Under the pieces are notes generated by a model, which did no database searches, was not told the origin of the DNA, and saw only the letters and a program-made list of their open reading frames with translations. 64,000 bases of DNA from the NCBI GenBank assembly GCA_038087875.1, contig CM075988.1, positions 806,001 through 870,000 of the forward strand, in the 5' to 3' direction. This document shows positions 34,014 through 48,020 of this stretch, one piece after another. The DNA is from Malacoraja senta. Its lineage: Eukaryota. Positions within the stretch are counted from its first letter, which is position 1. Every line of letters begins with the position of its first letter. The translations under genes were made by a program, and so were the position numbers.

Positions 34014-36893
34014 TTTTTATTTTTTTTATTTTTATTAGGTCATACACAGTAGTATAAACCAAGAATAATAAAATACATTTCATGTACAACTTCTTGTTTT
34101 TAAATTTAATAATAAAAAAGTAGAAGCAAAAAGAGAGAAAAAGAAGGTTCGGTAAGGTGGTGAGAGTGATAGTTTGTGAAAAAGTACAAAAAAAAGAGAG
34201 AGAAGAAGACAAAAAAAAGATAAAATAAATAAATAAATAAATAAATAAAAAGATAAAAGGGATATATCTTTGCGCACCCCTCACCCGGTTCTGAAACAGT
34301 TCATTTCCAAGGTTATGTTGCACCATATGCTTGTAATAAATCGATAAAGGAAGACCAAATCTTTAAGAATTGGTCTGATTTGCCTGCTAGGACGAATCTC
34401 ATAACTTCTAGGTGTAACATTTCAGACATGTTTGAAATCCACATTTTAAGCGTTGGTGTTGGTGCATTTTTCCAGAATTTTAATATGTTTTTTTGCCGTT
34501 ATTAAGCCATAATTAAGGAAACTCTTTTGGAACGAAGTCAGCTCAGAGCCGACCTCCATTGATCCAAAGATAATCAGTTCTGCGTTGGGGTTCAATTTTA
34601 TTTTAAATACTTTTGTAAAAATTTCAAAAATTTCCTTCCAAAACTTCTGAAGTTTTATGCAAAAGACAAAAGAGTGTGCTGTAGTTGCATCTTGAGATGA
34701 GCATTTATCGCAGATGGGAGACACATTTGGAAACATTTTATTCAGTTTAGTTTATGAGTAATATAATCGATGTAAAGTTTTGAATTGAATTAAAGTATGT
34801 CTTACATTAACCGAACATTTATGTACATATAGCAAATATTTATCCCATCTGTCTTTCAAGATATTTATAGATAGTTCTTGTTCCCAATCTCTTCTAATTG
34901 CATCAGATGGTGGTATCTCTATGTTTAAAATTATATTATACAAATATGATATTAAATTAGTTGAGTCTGCCTTTCTGTTCATAGCTTCATCTAATATATC
35001 TGAAGTCGAAGTTTTATGTTCTTGTGTATGTTTTTTCAAGTAGTCACGGATTTGAAGGTATTTAAAGTATTGATTACTTTTCAGGTTGTATTTAAGTTGT
35101 AGTTGTTGGAATGATAAAAGGTTTCCCATTTCATACATATCTCAAACGTTTTAATTCCTATTCTTTCCCAAAGTGTAAACGTTTTGTCGATAATAGATGG
35201 TTTAAACGACGGATTATTAACAATAGGAGAAAGAAGCGATAGAATTCTTAATTTGAAAGTTAATTTTATTTGTTTCCAAGTTCGTATTGTACTATGAATA
35301 ATTGGATTTTTCTTGTATATTGTATTCAGTTTTATCGGTGAAAGAAGGATCGCTCCTATATTAAAAGGAGAGCAATCCTCTCTCTCCATTATTATCCAAT
35401 CTACCTGTTGGGCAGAATTGTCCAACAAGTAAATTACATTTTGATATTCATTTCCCAGTGATAGTACAAAAAATTGGGTAGTGTCAGTCCTCCAAATTCT
35501 TTGGGCTTACACAAGTGTCTTCTTTTGAATTCTGTGGGACTTATAGTCCCATATGAAATTTGTGGTATCAGAGCCGAGTTTTTTTTTAAATTTTAGGTAA
35601 ATATATTGGTATTGATTGATATAAATATAAGATTTGTGGCAAAAAAAACATTTTTATGTCATTTATTCTGCCTATTAAAGACATCGGTAGTGTTTTCCAA
35701 AATTTAATCAAAGCATTTAATTTAGTAAGTAAGGGCATATAGTTTGCATTGAATAGAGATTTATATTTTCTGGTAATTTGGATACCCAGATATTTAAATT
35801 TTTCTGTAACAATTCTAAAGGGGAATTTTAAAAGGTATGTCGGTTCTTGAGGTTTTATCGTCATAATTTCACTTTTATTCCAATTTATTCTGTATCCAGA
35901 GAAGGATCCAAATTCCTCTATTAAATTTAATATATTTGGTATGCTGATTTGCGATTTTGTAATATATAATAATACGTCGTCTGCATATAGTGATATTTTA
36001 TTATTTGAATGTTTGTATTATAACCATGGATGTTTGGATGCGTTCTTATACTTTCTGCTAAGGGTTCTATCATAAGAGCGAATAGCAGGGGTGATAGTGC
36101 ACATCCCTGTCTATTGCCCCTGGATAGTTGAAATTTCGGAGAGGGTATATTATTGGTCAGTATTCTAGCAGTCGGCTTGTCATATAATAATTTTACCCAT
36201 AAAATAAAATTCTCAGTCATTTAAAATTTTTGCAATACTTTGAAGAGATAGTCCCATTCAACCTGGTCGAATGCTTTTTCTGGTTAACGGAGAGTGATCA
36301 GAAATGATACTATTATCATATTTAGGATTCGTTGTATTAGGAATTAATTTCGTGTCCACTAAAAAATAATCGATACGTGAGTAAGTTTTATGTACCATTC
36401 AGTAAAAAGAGTATTCCCTTCCAACTGGATTAGCGATCCTCTGTTATATTTGTATTTTTTATATATGTATTTAGGAGTTCACTGGCTTTTGATTTTATGC
36501 TAAGCCTCTTTTGTTGTGTAGATTTATCCAGGTATGGATCTAAAATGTAATTGAAATCTCCCCCCATTATTACATTTTGATAATTAAGCTCTGAAATTAT
36601 ATTCAGTATTTTGTTAAAAAATTGAGGATTATCAAAATTAGGCGCATATATATTTACCATAGAAAGTGGTATAGAGTTGATTTCTCCCGTAACTATAACA
36701 TATCTCCCCTCTTTATCTGCTATGATATTCTTTGATTTAAATGGTATACCTTTACGAATGATAATTGCAGTACCTCTAGATTTAGAGATATATGAAGAGT
36801 AATATGTTTGGGCAATCCAATTTGCCTTCAGTCTGGTCTGAGCTTAAAGTTTCAGGTGTGTTTCCTGTAAGAAAATTTTGTCTGTATTAAGTG
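34014..36893 (-). mobile_element. L1 element A (ORF2, disrupted; large deletion between EN and RT at about 36280)
   Basis: NIYAPN, GGDFN, RQGCALSPLLF, FKYLGI and CCHC motifs. The EN-end sequence is joined directly to EKAFD. Confidence 0.92.
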
Positions 36894-39800
36894 ATTTTTT
36901 TTTATTTTAATTTTTTTATTTTATTAGAAGCAATGTACATACATCTCAATCATAATATGCAACATATTACATTTCTTGTACAACTTCTTTTTTTCCCTTT
37001 TTTGTAAACTTTAACCTATAATAGAAAAGGAGAAAAGAAAAAAGAGAAAGCAGAAAAGATTGAGGATAGTAGTGAAGTGTAGTCTGCAGTAATTGGCGTT
37101 AAGTGAATGATAATGGTTAAGTAGTCTGCGTGCTAGAAAATGTGAAAAGAAAAGAAGAAGAAAAAAAAAGGGGGGCCTTAAGAAAAGAAAAAGAAAATAA
37201 GTAAGGAATCTAAAAAAGGTAAGGCTAAACAAGAAGGAAAGGGAATGTGTCTAATTCCTGACGGTTCACACCCATCACCTAGTTCTAAAATAATTATTTT
37301 CCAGGGTTGTGTTGCACCATATTACACCCGTAACAAATCAATGAAAGGTGACCATATTCTTAAGAATTGCTCTTGTTTTCCTGCTAGAACAAGTCTCATT
37401 TCCTCAAGATGTAGTATTTCCGACATATTTGTAATCCACATTTTAAACGTTGGGATTGGAGCGTCTTTCCAGAATTTAAGTAGGTTTTTTTGCCGTTATC
37501 AAACCGTAGTTTAATAAACATCTTTGAAATGTAGTGAGTTCGGAACAGGCTTTCATTGTTCCGAAAATAATCAATTCTGTATTTGGGTCCAGTCTGAATT
37601 TAAATATTTTTGAAAAACTTTCAAAAATTTCCTTCAAAAATTTCTGAAGTTGTGCACAGGAGGCAAATGAATATGCTATTGTTGCCTCTTTAGTTAGGCA
37701 CTTATCACAGATGGGAGAGACATTTGGAAATGTTTTATTTAATTTTGTTTTTGAGTAATATAATCTGTGTACAATTTTAAATTGGATCAATATGTGTCTA
37801 ACATTGATCGAACATTTATGTATATATAACAAATAGTCTACCCATCTTGGAGATTTCTATAGACAATTCTTGTTCCCATTCTTTCCTTATACCTTCTGTC
37901 GAAGGTATGTCTATATTTAAAATAGTATTATAAAAATACGATGTTAAGTGATCCAATTCTGCCTGTCTATTCATGCATTGTTCTAAAGGATCCAACTTCA
38001 AATTTTGATAATCTTTAGAATGTTTTTTCAAATAATCTCGAGTTTGTAAATATCTAAAATATTGGTTACTTTCTAAATTGTATTTAAGCTGTAAATCTTG
38101 GAATGGTAAAAAATTTCCCGCTTCATATAAATCTTCCCAAGTCTTAATTCCTAATCGTTCCCAGAGAATAAATGTTTTGTCAATAGTCGATGGCTTAAAC
38201 GTGGGGTTGTTAGCTATCGGTGAAAGAAGCAAAAGATTTCTTAGTTTAAGAGAGGATTTTATTTGTCTCCAAATTCGTATTGTACTGTGAATCATCGGGT
38301 TTCTATTATATATTGTGTTTTTCAGTTTTATTGGTGAGAAAAGGATCGCTCCTATATTAAAAGGAGTGCAATCCTCCTCCATTATTGACCATTCTAACTG
38401 TTGTGTTGAACTGTCTAACCAATACATTATATTTTTAATGCTCACTGCCCAATGGTAGTACTTAAAGTTGGGAAGTGTAAGTCCACCGTATTCTTTGGGT
38501 TTACATAAATGTCTTCTTTGAATTCTATGGGATTTATTGTCCCATATGAAATTTGAAATGTATGAATCAATTTTTTTAAAGAAGTTTTTAGGTATGTATG
38601 TAGGTATTGATTGGAATAAATATAGTATTTGTGGAAGAAAAATCATTTTAATGGCATTAATTCTGCCTATTAAGGACATCGGTAGTGTTTTCCAAAATTG
38701 GATCGACGTTTGCATTTTAGTAAATAAGGGCAAGTAGTTTGCATTAAATAGTGATTTATGTTTTCTAGTGATTTGAATACCCAAATATTTAAATCTTTCT
38801 GTAGTAATTCTAAAGGGGTATTTTAAAAGATGTGTTGACTCTTGAGGTTTTATCGTCATTATTCTGCTTTTATTCCAATTTATTCTGTATCCTGAAAAGG
38901 AACCAAATTCTTCTATTAAATTTAATAAATTTGGTATATTAATGTGTGATTTTGTAATGTATAGTAATACATCGTCTGCATATAATGATATTTTATTATT
39001 AGAGTTTTTAGTGTTATAACCATGAATATTAGGGTGCATTCTTATGTTTTCTGCTAAGGGCTCTATCGCCAGGGCAAATAGAAGTGGTGATAAAACACAT
39101 CCCTGTCCATTGCCCCTGGATAGTTGAAATTTCTGGGGATAGTATATTATTAGTCAGTATTCTAGCCGTGGGCTTATCATATAGTAATTTTATACATAGG
39201 ATAAAATTATCTCCCATTTGAAATTTTTGTAATACTTTAAAAAGGTATACCCATTCCACCTGATCAAATGCTTTTTCTGCATCCAATTAAATAATTGATA
39301 AGTCTTCCTCTTCTATCTTATATGAATACATTATGTTAAAGAGACGTCTCAAATTATTAAACGAATGTCTCTTGGGTATAAACCCCGTTTGAACCGGGTT
39401 GATTAATTTACTAATATATTTACTTAGTCTTCTTGTTAAGGTTTTAGCAAATATTTTCTGATCTGTATTTAATAATGCAATGGCTCTATATGACCCGGAG
39501 TGTTCTAAGTCTTTATCCTTTTTAGGTATTAGTGTTATAGTCGATTCCGCCAATGTTTCTGGTAATTTCTGTTCTTTGAATCCATATATGTAAAGTTTCA
39601 GTAGACGTGGAGAAATTGTTTCATAATTTTTTTTATGGTGTTTTACTGTTCGTCAAAGACTTTATTGACTCTTCTATTTCATTAATTGTGATTTGAGCTC
39701 CTAATTCTTCCTGTTCCATCACATTAAGTTTTGGGAGATTATATTTTTCCCAAAGGTTTGTGATTTTGACATTATCTGTTGATACTTTTGATGTATATAA

Positions 39801-41485
39801 ATTTTGGTAGAATTGAGCAAATCTTTTGTTAATATCTTTGGGTAGTGTTATCAATTCCCCTTTATCTGACTTAATTTTAGAACTCGTATGTTCCTTTTCC
39901 CGTTTTTTTAATTTGTCATGCCAAGAGTTTATGTGGCTTGTCGCCAAATTCAAAATTTTCCTGTTTTGTAATTTGGAATAGTCTAATAATTCTTTCGGAT
40001 AAGATTCTATTTAATTTAAATTTCAATATTAATATCTTATTATGTTTATCTCTAGTTGGATCTTTGGTGTTGTCCAAGTCCAATTGTCTAATTTTTTCAG
40101 TTGTTCCATTTTATTTTTTTTATTTTGAAATGCTTGATAAGAAATTATCGATCCTCTGATAAATGCCTTAAACGATTCCCATAATAATGAGGGTGATATA
40201 CCTGGTGTATCATTGGTCTCAAAAAAAAATTCCATCTGTTTTCTTATATATGCACAACCCTGTGGGTTGCTTACAATTTGGGGATTATTGGTCATTCCCT
40301 TCTATTATTAAGAAACAAGTTAACGGCGCATGATCTGAAATGATACTACTATGGTATTTTGGATTTGATGTAAATGGAATTAATTTCGTATCTTAAAAAG
40401 TAATCAATTCGTGAGTAGGTTTTATGTACCATTGAGTAGAAAGAATATTCCCGTCCGGCTGGATTTGCAATCCTCCATACATCTGTTATATTTGTATTGT
40501 TTATGTATGTATTTAAGAGTTCGCTAGATTTAGATTTAATCTTTAATCTTTTTTGTTGTGTTGATTCATCCAAATAATTGTCAAGAACGCAATTGAAATC
40601 TCCTCCAAATATTACATTTTGATAATTAAGCTCTAAGATTAAGTTCAAAATGTTATTAAAGAATTGAGGATTATCAAAATTTGGCGCATAAATATTTACT
40701 AAGGTAACTGTGGTCGAGTTTATCTCTCCCGTAACTATGACATACCTCCCATCTTTGTCTATTATTTTATTCTTTAGTTTAAATGGTATTCCTTTTTGAA
40801 TTATGATTGCTGTACCTCTAGATTTAGTACTATATGAGGATTGGTATGTCTGACCGATCCAATTAGCCCTCAGCCTTGTCTGCGCTTGTAATTTCAGGTG
40901 TGTTTCCTGTAAAAAAATGATGTCGGCCTTGAATGACTTTAATTGTGTCAAGGTCTTACCCCTTTTGATTGGCTCATTAGCAGCCCTTATATTCCAACTA
41001 CAAAACGTGATTCCTCCTATTTTCTTTTGTTTATCATCTTGCATTATGAATTACTTTAATACCTTTAAGTCATATGGTGCAACACAATACCTCAGGCCTC
41101 TAGGTGTTGGGTGGGCACTCACAGTTGCTAATTTCTGTTTGTATATCCCCTTTAAACTTGAAAAAAACAACAGAAAAGCGTGAAGTGACATAAAAATAAA
41201 AAAGATGATATTATAGTATCTAAAAATAAGGATACTATAAAAAAATAACCACCTACCTTCCGTAGATGTTAATTTACATTAAGCTCCGCTCCCTTGACCA
41301 ACTGTTGTAAGAAGGAATATAGGACAGTTCAAAACCGAGTGATATATATTTAAAAAAAACAAAAAAACTTCGAACCTGTCTATCTAAATACATCTTCAAA
41401 TAATCTAGCATTAAATATATACTAATATATACTAGTATATACTAATATATACTTACAATTATTACATTTTACTTCCCAGTTAGGT
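36894..41485 (-). mobile_element. L1 element B (near-complete disrupted ORF2 plus upstream non-coding sequence)
   Basis: ORF 40349-41044 is an APE endonuclease (LQETH, NIYAPN, GDFN, RIDYF). RT pieces include YADD in 37816-39039. Own poly-A tail at about 36894-36925. Confidence 0.93.
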
Positions 41486-41699
41486 AAGGATAGTAAGCTA
41501 AGGGGAACTTTTGTTGATCAGAGAGGTTGTAAATTTGTTTTTTAAATGGAAGTGTATGTAATATTTAGGGCATGAAAAACAATGATTCCAATAAAACAAT
41601 CTCAAAATGTAGGTAAAGAGCACCACATTAAAACAAAAAAAATGTCTTGGTTTAATTTTAAAATGAGAATATTAGTATATCTTAAAACCTGAAGCTTCA

Positions 41700-42445
41700 T
41701 GAAGGTTCTTTTGAATCTTGGGGTCCAAGCCCATAATTCTTTGAAAGAGGCAACACATGTAGAAAGAGTGGTAAAGAATGCATGTGGTAAGCTGGCTTTC
41801 ATAGGTCAAGCCATTAAGGTTTGGGTCCTATAAATTTTTATCATTACTTCCTGACTCTTACACTCAAAGAGTCAGGAAGTCATGATAAAACGTTATAGGA
41901 CTTTGGTTAGGCCGCATTTGGTGTATTACGTGAGGTTCTGGTGGTGTGTTACTGGAAGGACGTGGAGGCTTTTGAGAGGGTGCAGACGAAGTTTACCTGG
42001 ATTAGGGGATCTTAGCTACAAGGCGAGTATAGACAGACTTGGATTGCTTTTCTTTGGAATGCCAGAGGTTGCAGGGAGACTTGTTGGTAGTATATTATGA
42101 GAGGCATAACTAGGGTAGACGGGCAGAGCCTTTTTTCCTGGATGGAAAACAACAGATACTAGAAGGCACAGCTTTCAGGTGAGAGGGGCAAAGTTTAAAG
42201 GAGATGTGAGGGATGTTTTGTTTTTATATAGAGGGTGGTGAGTGCCTGAAATGCTCTGTCAGGAGTAGTAGCTGAGGCATTATGATTAAGGCATTTAAGA
42301 GACTTTTAGATAGGCACATGGATATGCAGGGAATGGAGGGATGTCCAATTTGTGCAGATAGATGAGTTGGTCTTGGCATCATGATCAGCCCAGACATTGT
42401 GGGCCGAAGGGCCTGTTCTTAAGCAGTACTGTTAAATGTTCTAAC
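41700..42445 (+). mobile_element. Degenerate CR1 3' portion
   Basis: YRTLVRPHL peptide and a ggccgaagggcctgtt tail. Confidence 0.8.
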
Positions 42446-43766
42446 AGTTTGATCTACGAATGAAGTGTTTTATGCAAGAGATTTAAAACATTTTTCTATT
42501 CTGATTTCATAAAGTAATTATTGCAGATAGAGAGACTGCTAAATACACAAACAACTAATTATTGATAGGTGCAGTAAGTTCAGCTGAAATATGATATGCA
42601 TCATCAAGAAATGGGATCTAATAATAAATACTGAATTTGCCAATAATTCAGTTCAGCTGATGAGATCCGAGGGCTTCAGGAAATGTTACAATGGGAGTTG
42701 GAATGTGATGTCTGCTTCTCTGAAAATATGTTTGTAGAGAAGGAAAACATTGAATTATATTAAGATTTATAATTGTGTGATCAGCAAAGCACAGCTGGTT
42801 TATACAAGATGCATGTAATGCTTTTAAATGAAAGAACTAGGGAGAACATTGTGGTAGTGCCAACAGGATGTGCAGAGCAGAGCTGAGGTCAAATATTTAT
42901 TTGATACAGGACGGATACACAATCTCCAAAATGTAATCCACATAGGCTTCAGCTCATTGGTTAGTTCTATGAAAAATCAATGGGAAATTCAATAAGCTTT
43001 CGCAGTAACGCTTACACGTGCATTTATTGTACAGTTAGTGCATTTCAACGCTGGTTATTGATGAAGCAGTATTGGAAATTCTTGCCAGTTCATTTTGGCG
43101 TTGAATCTTTAGAAAGACCCTGTGAACAAAACAAGACCAACTCAATGAATGTTACAAATTTTTAAGAGCCCTGTCAGGGAAGATGCATGGTTGATGATTT
43201 CTCAGGCTGGCATTCAAGAATCAGGAGTCACTCTCAGAATAAGAAGTTGGCCATTCAGTACCAACTTGAAAATAATTTTTATCTTTGAGGAAGTGAATGC
43301 CATGTATATTCCAAAGAGCTAACTGAAGTACCTCTAAAGTGGGACATTAAACCATCCTATAGGTACAGATGCACTATGGACAATGTTTTACTTGAGGCAT
43401 CAGAGTTAGTGCTACTGCTAGTGAGAATTCATGAATTATACCGTACTGTGTTAAGTAGTGAACACACAGAGTGCAAATACAAAATACAAAATATAATGTA
43501 AATTATAAAAATGAACGGTCACAACAACGTAGCAGTTGAATAGGAAATGGACCGGTGATGGGCCAAGGTTGTGACTCGGTTTGAGGAGATCCAGGGTCAT
43601 TGCCTTGCCTGGCTCTTCTTTTCGTGAGTATGTCTCTATTGCAGGAGGTAGTGTCGACCACAATCCTTTTCCTGTTCTCCCAGTCTCGGAGATTCTCTGA
43701 AACTTGTTTCACCTCCTTTAGCTTTATGATCAACATGAACATTTATGCTTAGGTTTCCTTCAGCTT

Positions 43767-44046
43767 CACCATAGGTTTAAGGTGAAGGGGAAAAGATTTA
43801 ATAGGAATCTGAGGGATAACTTTTTCACACAAAGGGTGGTGGGTGTATGGAACAAGCTGCCAGAGGAGGTAGTTGAGGCTGGGACTATCCCAACGTTTAA
43901 GAAGCAGTTAGCCCGGTACATGGATAGCACAGGTTTGGAGGGATATGAACCAAACGCAGGCAAGTGGGACTAGTGTAGCTGGGACATGTTGACTGGTGTG
44001 GCAAAGTTGGGCCGAAGGGCCAGTTTCCACACTCTATTACTCTATG
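43767..44046 (+). mobile_element. CR1 3' end
   Basis: ORF 43782-43973 and the tail. Confidence 0.88.
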
Positions 44047-44060
44047 AATCCGAGTCCATG

Positions 44061-44170
44061 CTGTTTGTATCATCAGCCTTAATGATCACTGTTGTTCCCA
44101 TGCTGTTCTGGTCACTGTTGATCCAAGGAATTTGAACAACCGTGACAATTAAGGCTGATGATATAAACAG
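44061..44170. repeat. 37 bp-arm inverted repeat with 36 nt spacer
   Basis: ctgtttgtatcatcagccttaatgatcactgttgttc versus the reverse complement of 44134-44170: 4 mismatches. Confidence 0.9.
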
Positions 44171-44544
44171 TTCTGCTTTCATAATGATGCTCTTTCTCAG
44201 CACTTGACCCCTCAACCACATGACCTTTCCATAGAACTGTATGACACAAGAAAAGGCCCTCTGACCCACAATAACTGCACCGAAGATGATGATAAGTTAA
44301 TCTCTGATGCCTGCAAGTGATTCATATCCCTCCATATGCATGTGCCGATCTGAAAGTCTCGTAAAAGCCATTATCATATCTGCTTCCATGATCACCCCAG
44401 GCAGCACATTCTGGACACACTGCACTGTGTTTAAATAAATAAGTAAACAAATAAACAGATAAATAATTAAATAAATATTATAGACAAATAAATAAATAAT
44501 ACATAGACAAATAAATAAAATCATTAAATAAATCTCTCTCTCTA

Positions 44545-46220
44545 TCAATTCAATTCAATTTCAATTCAATTTAAAAACTTTATTGGCATGATACAAAAAA
44601 CATTGTTATATTGCCAAAGTATGAAACATGACATACATATTTAAGATGCATAATTATAAATACAAGTATACAGTGCATAGATAGATATGTCCCTGTACAT
44701 AAACTCGCAAGAGGCCTATAGCCTTTTATTGATTGCTACACGTTCTTGTAGCTGTAATCAGTACAACAGGATAGCTAATTTAGCAATTCAATATTAATTT
44801 CTTAGTGTCAGTTAATGTCAATTAGTGTGTGCGTACATATGTGCATATTGGTCATTCACCGTCTCTCAGGTTATGGCATGCTGTTACGTATTGTGCACCA
44901 AGATGTGCCGTATTTCCTTCACCAAGGATTATTCTTAGTTTCGATGTATCATCGAGTTCCTTAAAGTCAGGGTTGCCTGACTGAGTTTGTCAAAGTATGT
45001 TTTCCTTGTTTTGTCAAATTTTTTGCATTTTAGAAGGAAGTGCACCTCCGTTTCAACCTCAATCTGTCAAACAGTGGCCACATATTCTGTTTTCTCTTGG
45101 TTGCCAGAATCTCTTCTGTCTTCCTTTTTTCAACTGCCAAATAGTGGTCACTTAGCCTGTATTTGGTGAGGGTCTGCCTCTGTTTTATGTCTCTAACAGT
45201 TGAGAGATAGTCTGCCAATTTATAATCTCTTTTTAGGGCACGGTAGCATTCTAATCTGCTTTGGCTTTTGGTTTCTTTATCCCAATGTTCCAAATATGTT
45301 TCTTTACATTGTTTGATAATTTGGTTCACTCTAACTGGTGATTGGGGATAAGTATTGATCTGAGGCTGGTCAGGATTTAACTGGATAGGGTTTAACTGAA
45401 TGGGGGTAGTTAGTCCTCCGTACCAACTGACACAGGGAACTCTTTTCTGGGCTCCCCTCTTGTGTTTTATGGGATTTAAACTGGAGGGTATCTGGTGGGC
45501 TAGAATTAAGGAGATTCCAAAAATTTAGTGCTCTTTTCTGGATATTTATTATCAGTGGGTATCTGCCTAATTCTGCCCTACATGCGTTTGTTGGTGTTTT
45601 CCTATGGATGCGGAGGATGTTCCGACAAAATTCCGCATGCAGGGCCTCCGTTGTATGTTTTTCCCCATTTACTATAACTATGGTGACTGAGCGGCCCCCA
45701 TACTTCACTACCATAAAACGCAATAGGCTGATTACACTGTCAAATATTTTAAGCCAGATTTTAATGGGAATTTGGATGTTGTAGAATCTTCTTTTTATTG
45801 CATACAGAGCTCTTCGGGGCTTTCTCTTTTAGTGCATTCACTGCCATATTGAAGCTCCCTGATGCTGCAACAGTTAGACCAAGGTAAGTATAGCTCATAG
45901 TGTGTTCGATAATAACACCATTGAGAGTAAATTTGTACTTATCTTCCTGACATCTGGGTTTTTTCTGGAAAATCATGATATTGGTTTTCTTTAGATTTAC
46001 TGCCAGGGCCCAATTTTGGCAGTACTCATCAAGTAGGTCCAACTGTTGCTGCAGTCCCTGTTCTGTGGGGGACAGCAGAACCAAGTCATCCGCATAAAAA
46101 CAGAGATTTTACCTCTCCGTCCAGGAGACAGAGGCCCGGCGCAGTGCTCTGGTCCAGCTTTATTGCCAAATCGTTTATATATAAATTAAACAGTGTCGGG
46201 CTCAGATTGCAGCCTTGCCG
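44545..46220 (-). mobile_element. RTEX-like non-LTR retrotransposon 3' half with (TTGAA)n tail
   Basis: GVRQGCNLSPTLFN, YADDLVLL, YTYLG, RAELGRYPL and LTKYRLSDH peptides. Clade assignment is from memory. Confidence 0.75.
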
Positions 46221-48020
46221 GACGCCTCTTCTCTGTCTCTATCTCTATCTCTATCTATCTCTCCCCTATCTCCCCATCTCTCTCCCCATCTCTTTCTCCC
46301 CTCTCTCTCCATCTCCCTCTCCAACCATCTCTCTCCATCCCATCCCCCCTCCCATCCACCCCCCCTCTCCATCCATCCCCCTCTCCATCCCCCCCCTCTC
46401 TCTCTATATATATATATCCCATCTCTCCCTCTCTCTCCATCTCTCTCTCCATCCCTCTCCATCTCTCTCTCCATCTCTCTCTCCATCTCTCTCTCTCCAT
46501 CTCTCTCTCTCCATCTCTCTCTCTCCATCTCTCTCTCTCCATCTCTCTCTCCAACTCTCTCCCCATCTCTCTCTCCCCATCTCTCTCTCTCCAATCTCTC
46601 TCTCCTCCATCTATCTCTCCCTCTCCATCTATCTCTCTCCTCTCTCTCTCTCTCCATCTCTCTCTCTCTCTCCATCTCTCTCCTCTCTCTCTCCATCTCT
46701 CTCTCTCCATCTCTCTCTCTCCATCTCTCTCTCTCCATCTCTCTCTCTCCATCTCTCTCTCTCCATCTCTTCTCTCTCCATCTCTCTCTCCATCTCTCTC
46801 TTTCTCCATCTCTCCCTCTCTCTCTCTCTCTCTCTCTCCATCTCTCCTCTCTCTCCTCTCTCTCTCTCCATCTTCTCTCTCTCTCCATCTCTCTCTCTCT
46901 CTCCATCTCTCTTCTCTCTCTCCATCTCTCTCTCTCCATCTCTCTCTCTCCCTCCATCTCTCTCTCTCCTCCATCTCTCTCTCTCCCTCCATCTCTCTCC
47001 CTCCCTCCATCTCTCTCTCTCTCCCTCCATCTCCCTCTCTCTCCCTACATCTCTCTCTCCCCCCTCCATCTCTCTCCCCCCCCCCCATCTCTATCCCCCC
47101 CACATATCTCGCTCCCCCCTCCATCTCTCTCTCTCCCTCCATCTCTCTCTCTCCGTCCATCTCTCTCCCTCCCTCTCTCTCTCTCTCCATCTCTCTCTCT
47201 CCCTCCATCTCTCTCTCTCCCTCCATCTCTCTCTCCCTCCATCTCTCTCTCTCCCTCCATCTCTCTCTCCCTCCATCTCTCTCTCTCCCTCCATCTCTCT
47301 CTTTCCCTCCATCTCTCTCTCCATCTCTCTCTCTCCCTCCATCTCTCCTCTCCCCCCTCCATCTCTCTCTCCCCCCCACATCTCTCTCTCCCCCATCTCT
47401 CGCTCCCCCTCCATCCTCTCTCTCTCCCTCCATCTCTCTCTCTCCCTCCATCTCTCTCTCTCCCTCCATCTCTCTCTCTCCCTCCATCTCTCTCTCTCCC
47501 TCCATCTCTCTCTCTCCCTCCCCATCCTCTCTCTCTCCCTCCATCTCTCTCTCTCCATCTCTCTCTCTCCCTCCATCTCTCTCTCCCTCAATCTCTCTCT
47601 CTCCCTCCATCTCTCTCTCTCTCTCCATCTCTCTCTCTCTCTCCATCTCTCTCCCTCCATCTCTCTCTCTCTCCCTCCATCTCTCTCTCTCCCTCCATCT
47701 CTCTCTCTCCATCTCTCTCTCTCCATCTCTCTCTCTCCCTCCATCTCTCTCTCCCTCCATCTCTCTCTCTCCCTCCATCTCCCTCTCTCCCTCCATCTCT
47801 CTCTCTCCCTCCCTCTCTCTCTCCCTCCATCTCTCTCTCTCCCTCCATCTCTCTCTCTCTCCCTCCATCTCTCTCTCCCTCCCTCTCTCTCTCCCTCCCT
47901 CTCTCTCTCTCTCCCTCCCTCTCTCTCTCTCTCCCTCCCTCTCTCTTTCTCTCTCACTCTCTCTCTCTCCCTCTCTCTTTCTCTCTCCCTCTCTCTATCT
48001 ATCTCTCTCACCATCTCTCT
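46220..48020. repeat. 1.8 kb pyrimidine-strand simple repeat ((CT)nCCAT / CCCTCCAT units)
   Basis: Almost G-free plus strand. Source of the spurious SL-rich and ER-rich ORFs. Confidence 0.97.

Larger units (their letters stand above)
30988..35386. repeat. Tandem segmental duplication, copy 2 (with extra insertion 33275-33493)
   Basis: Duplicated ORF sets in the track. The L1 continues past 35386 only in this copy. Confidence 0.95.

Noticed and set aside
43451..43765. Coding-looking unique sequence on the minus strand
   Set aside because: No recognisable protein in any frame and no convincing splice sites.
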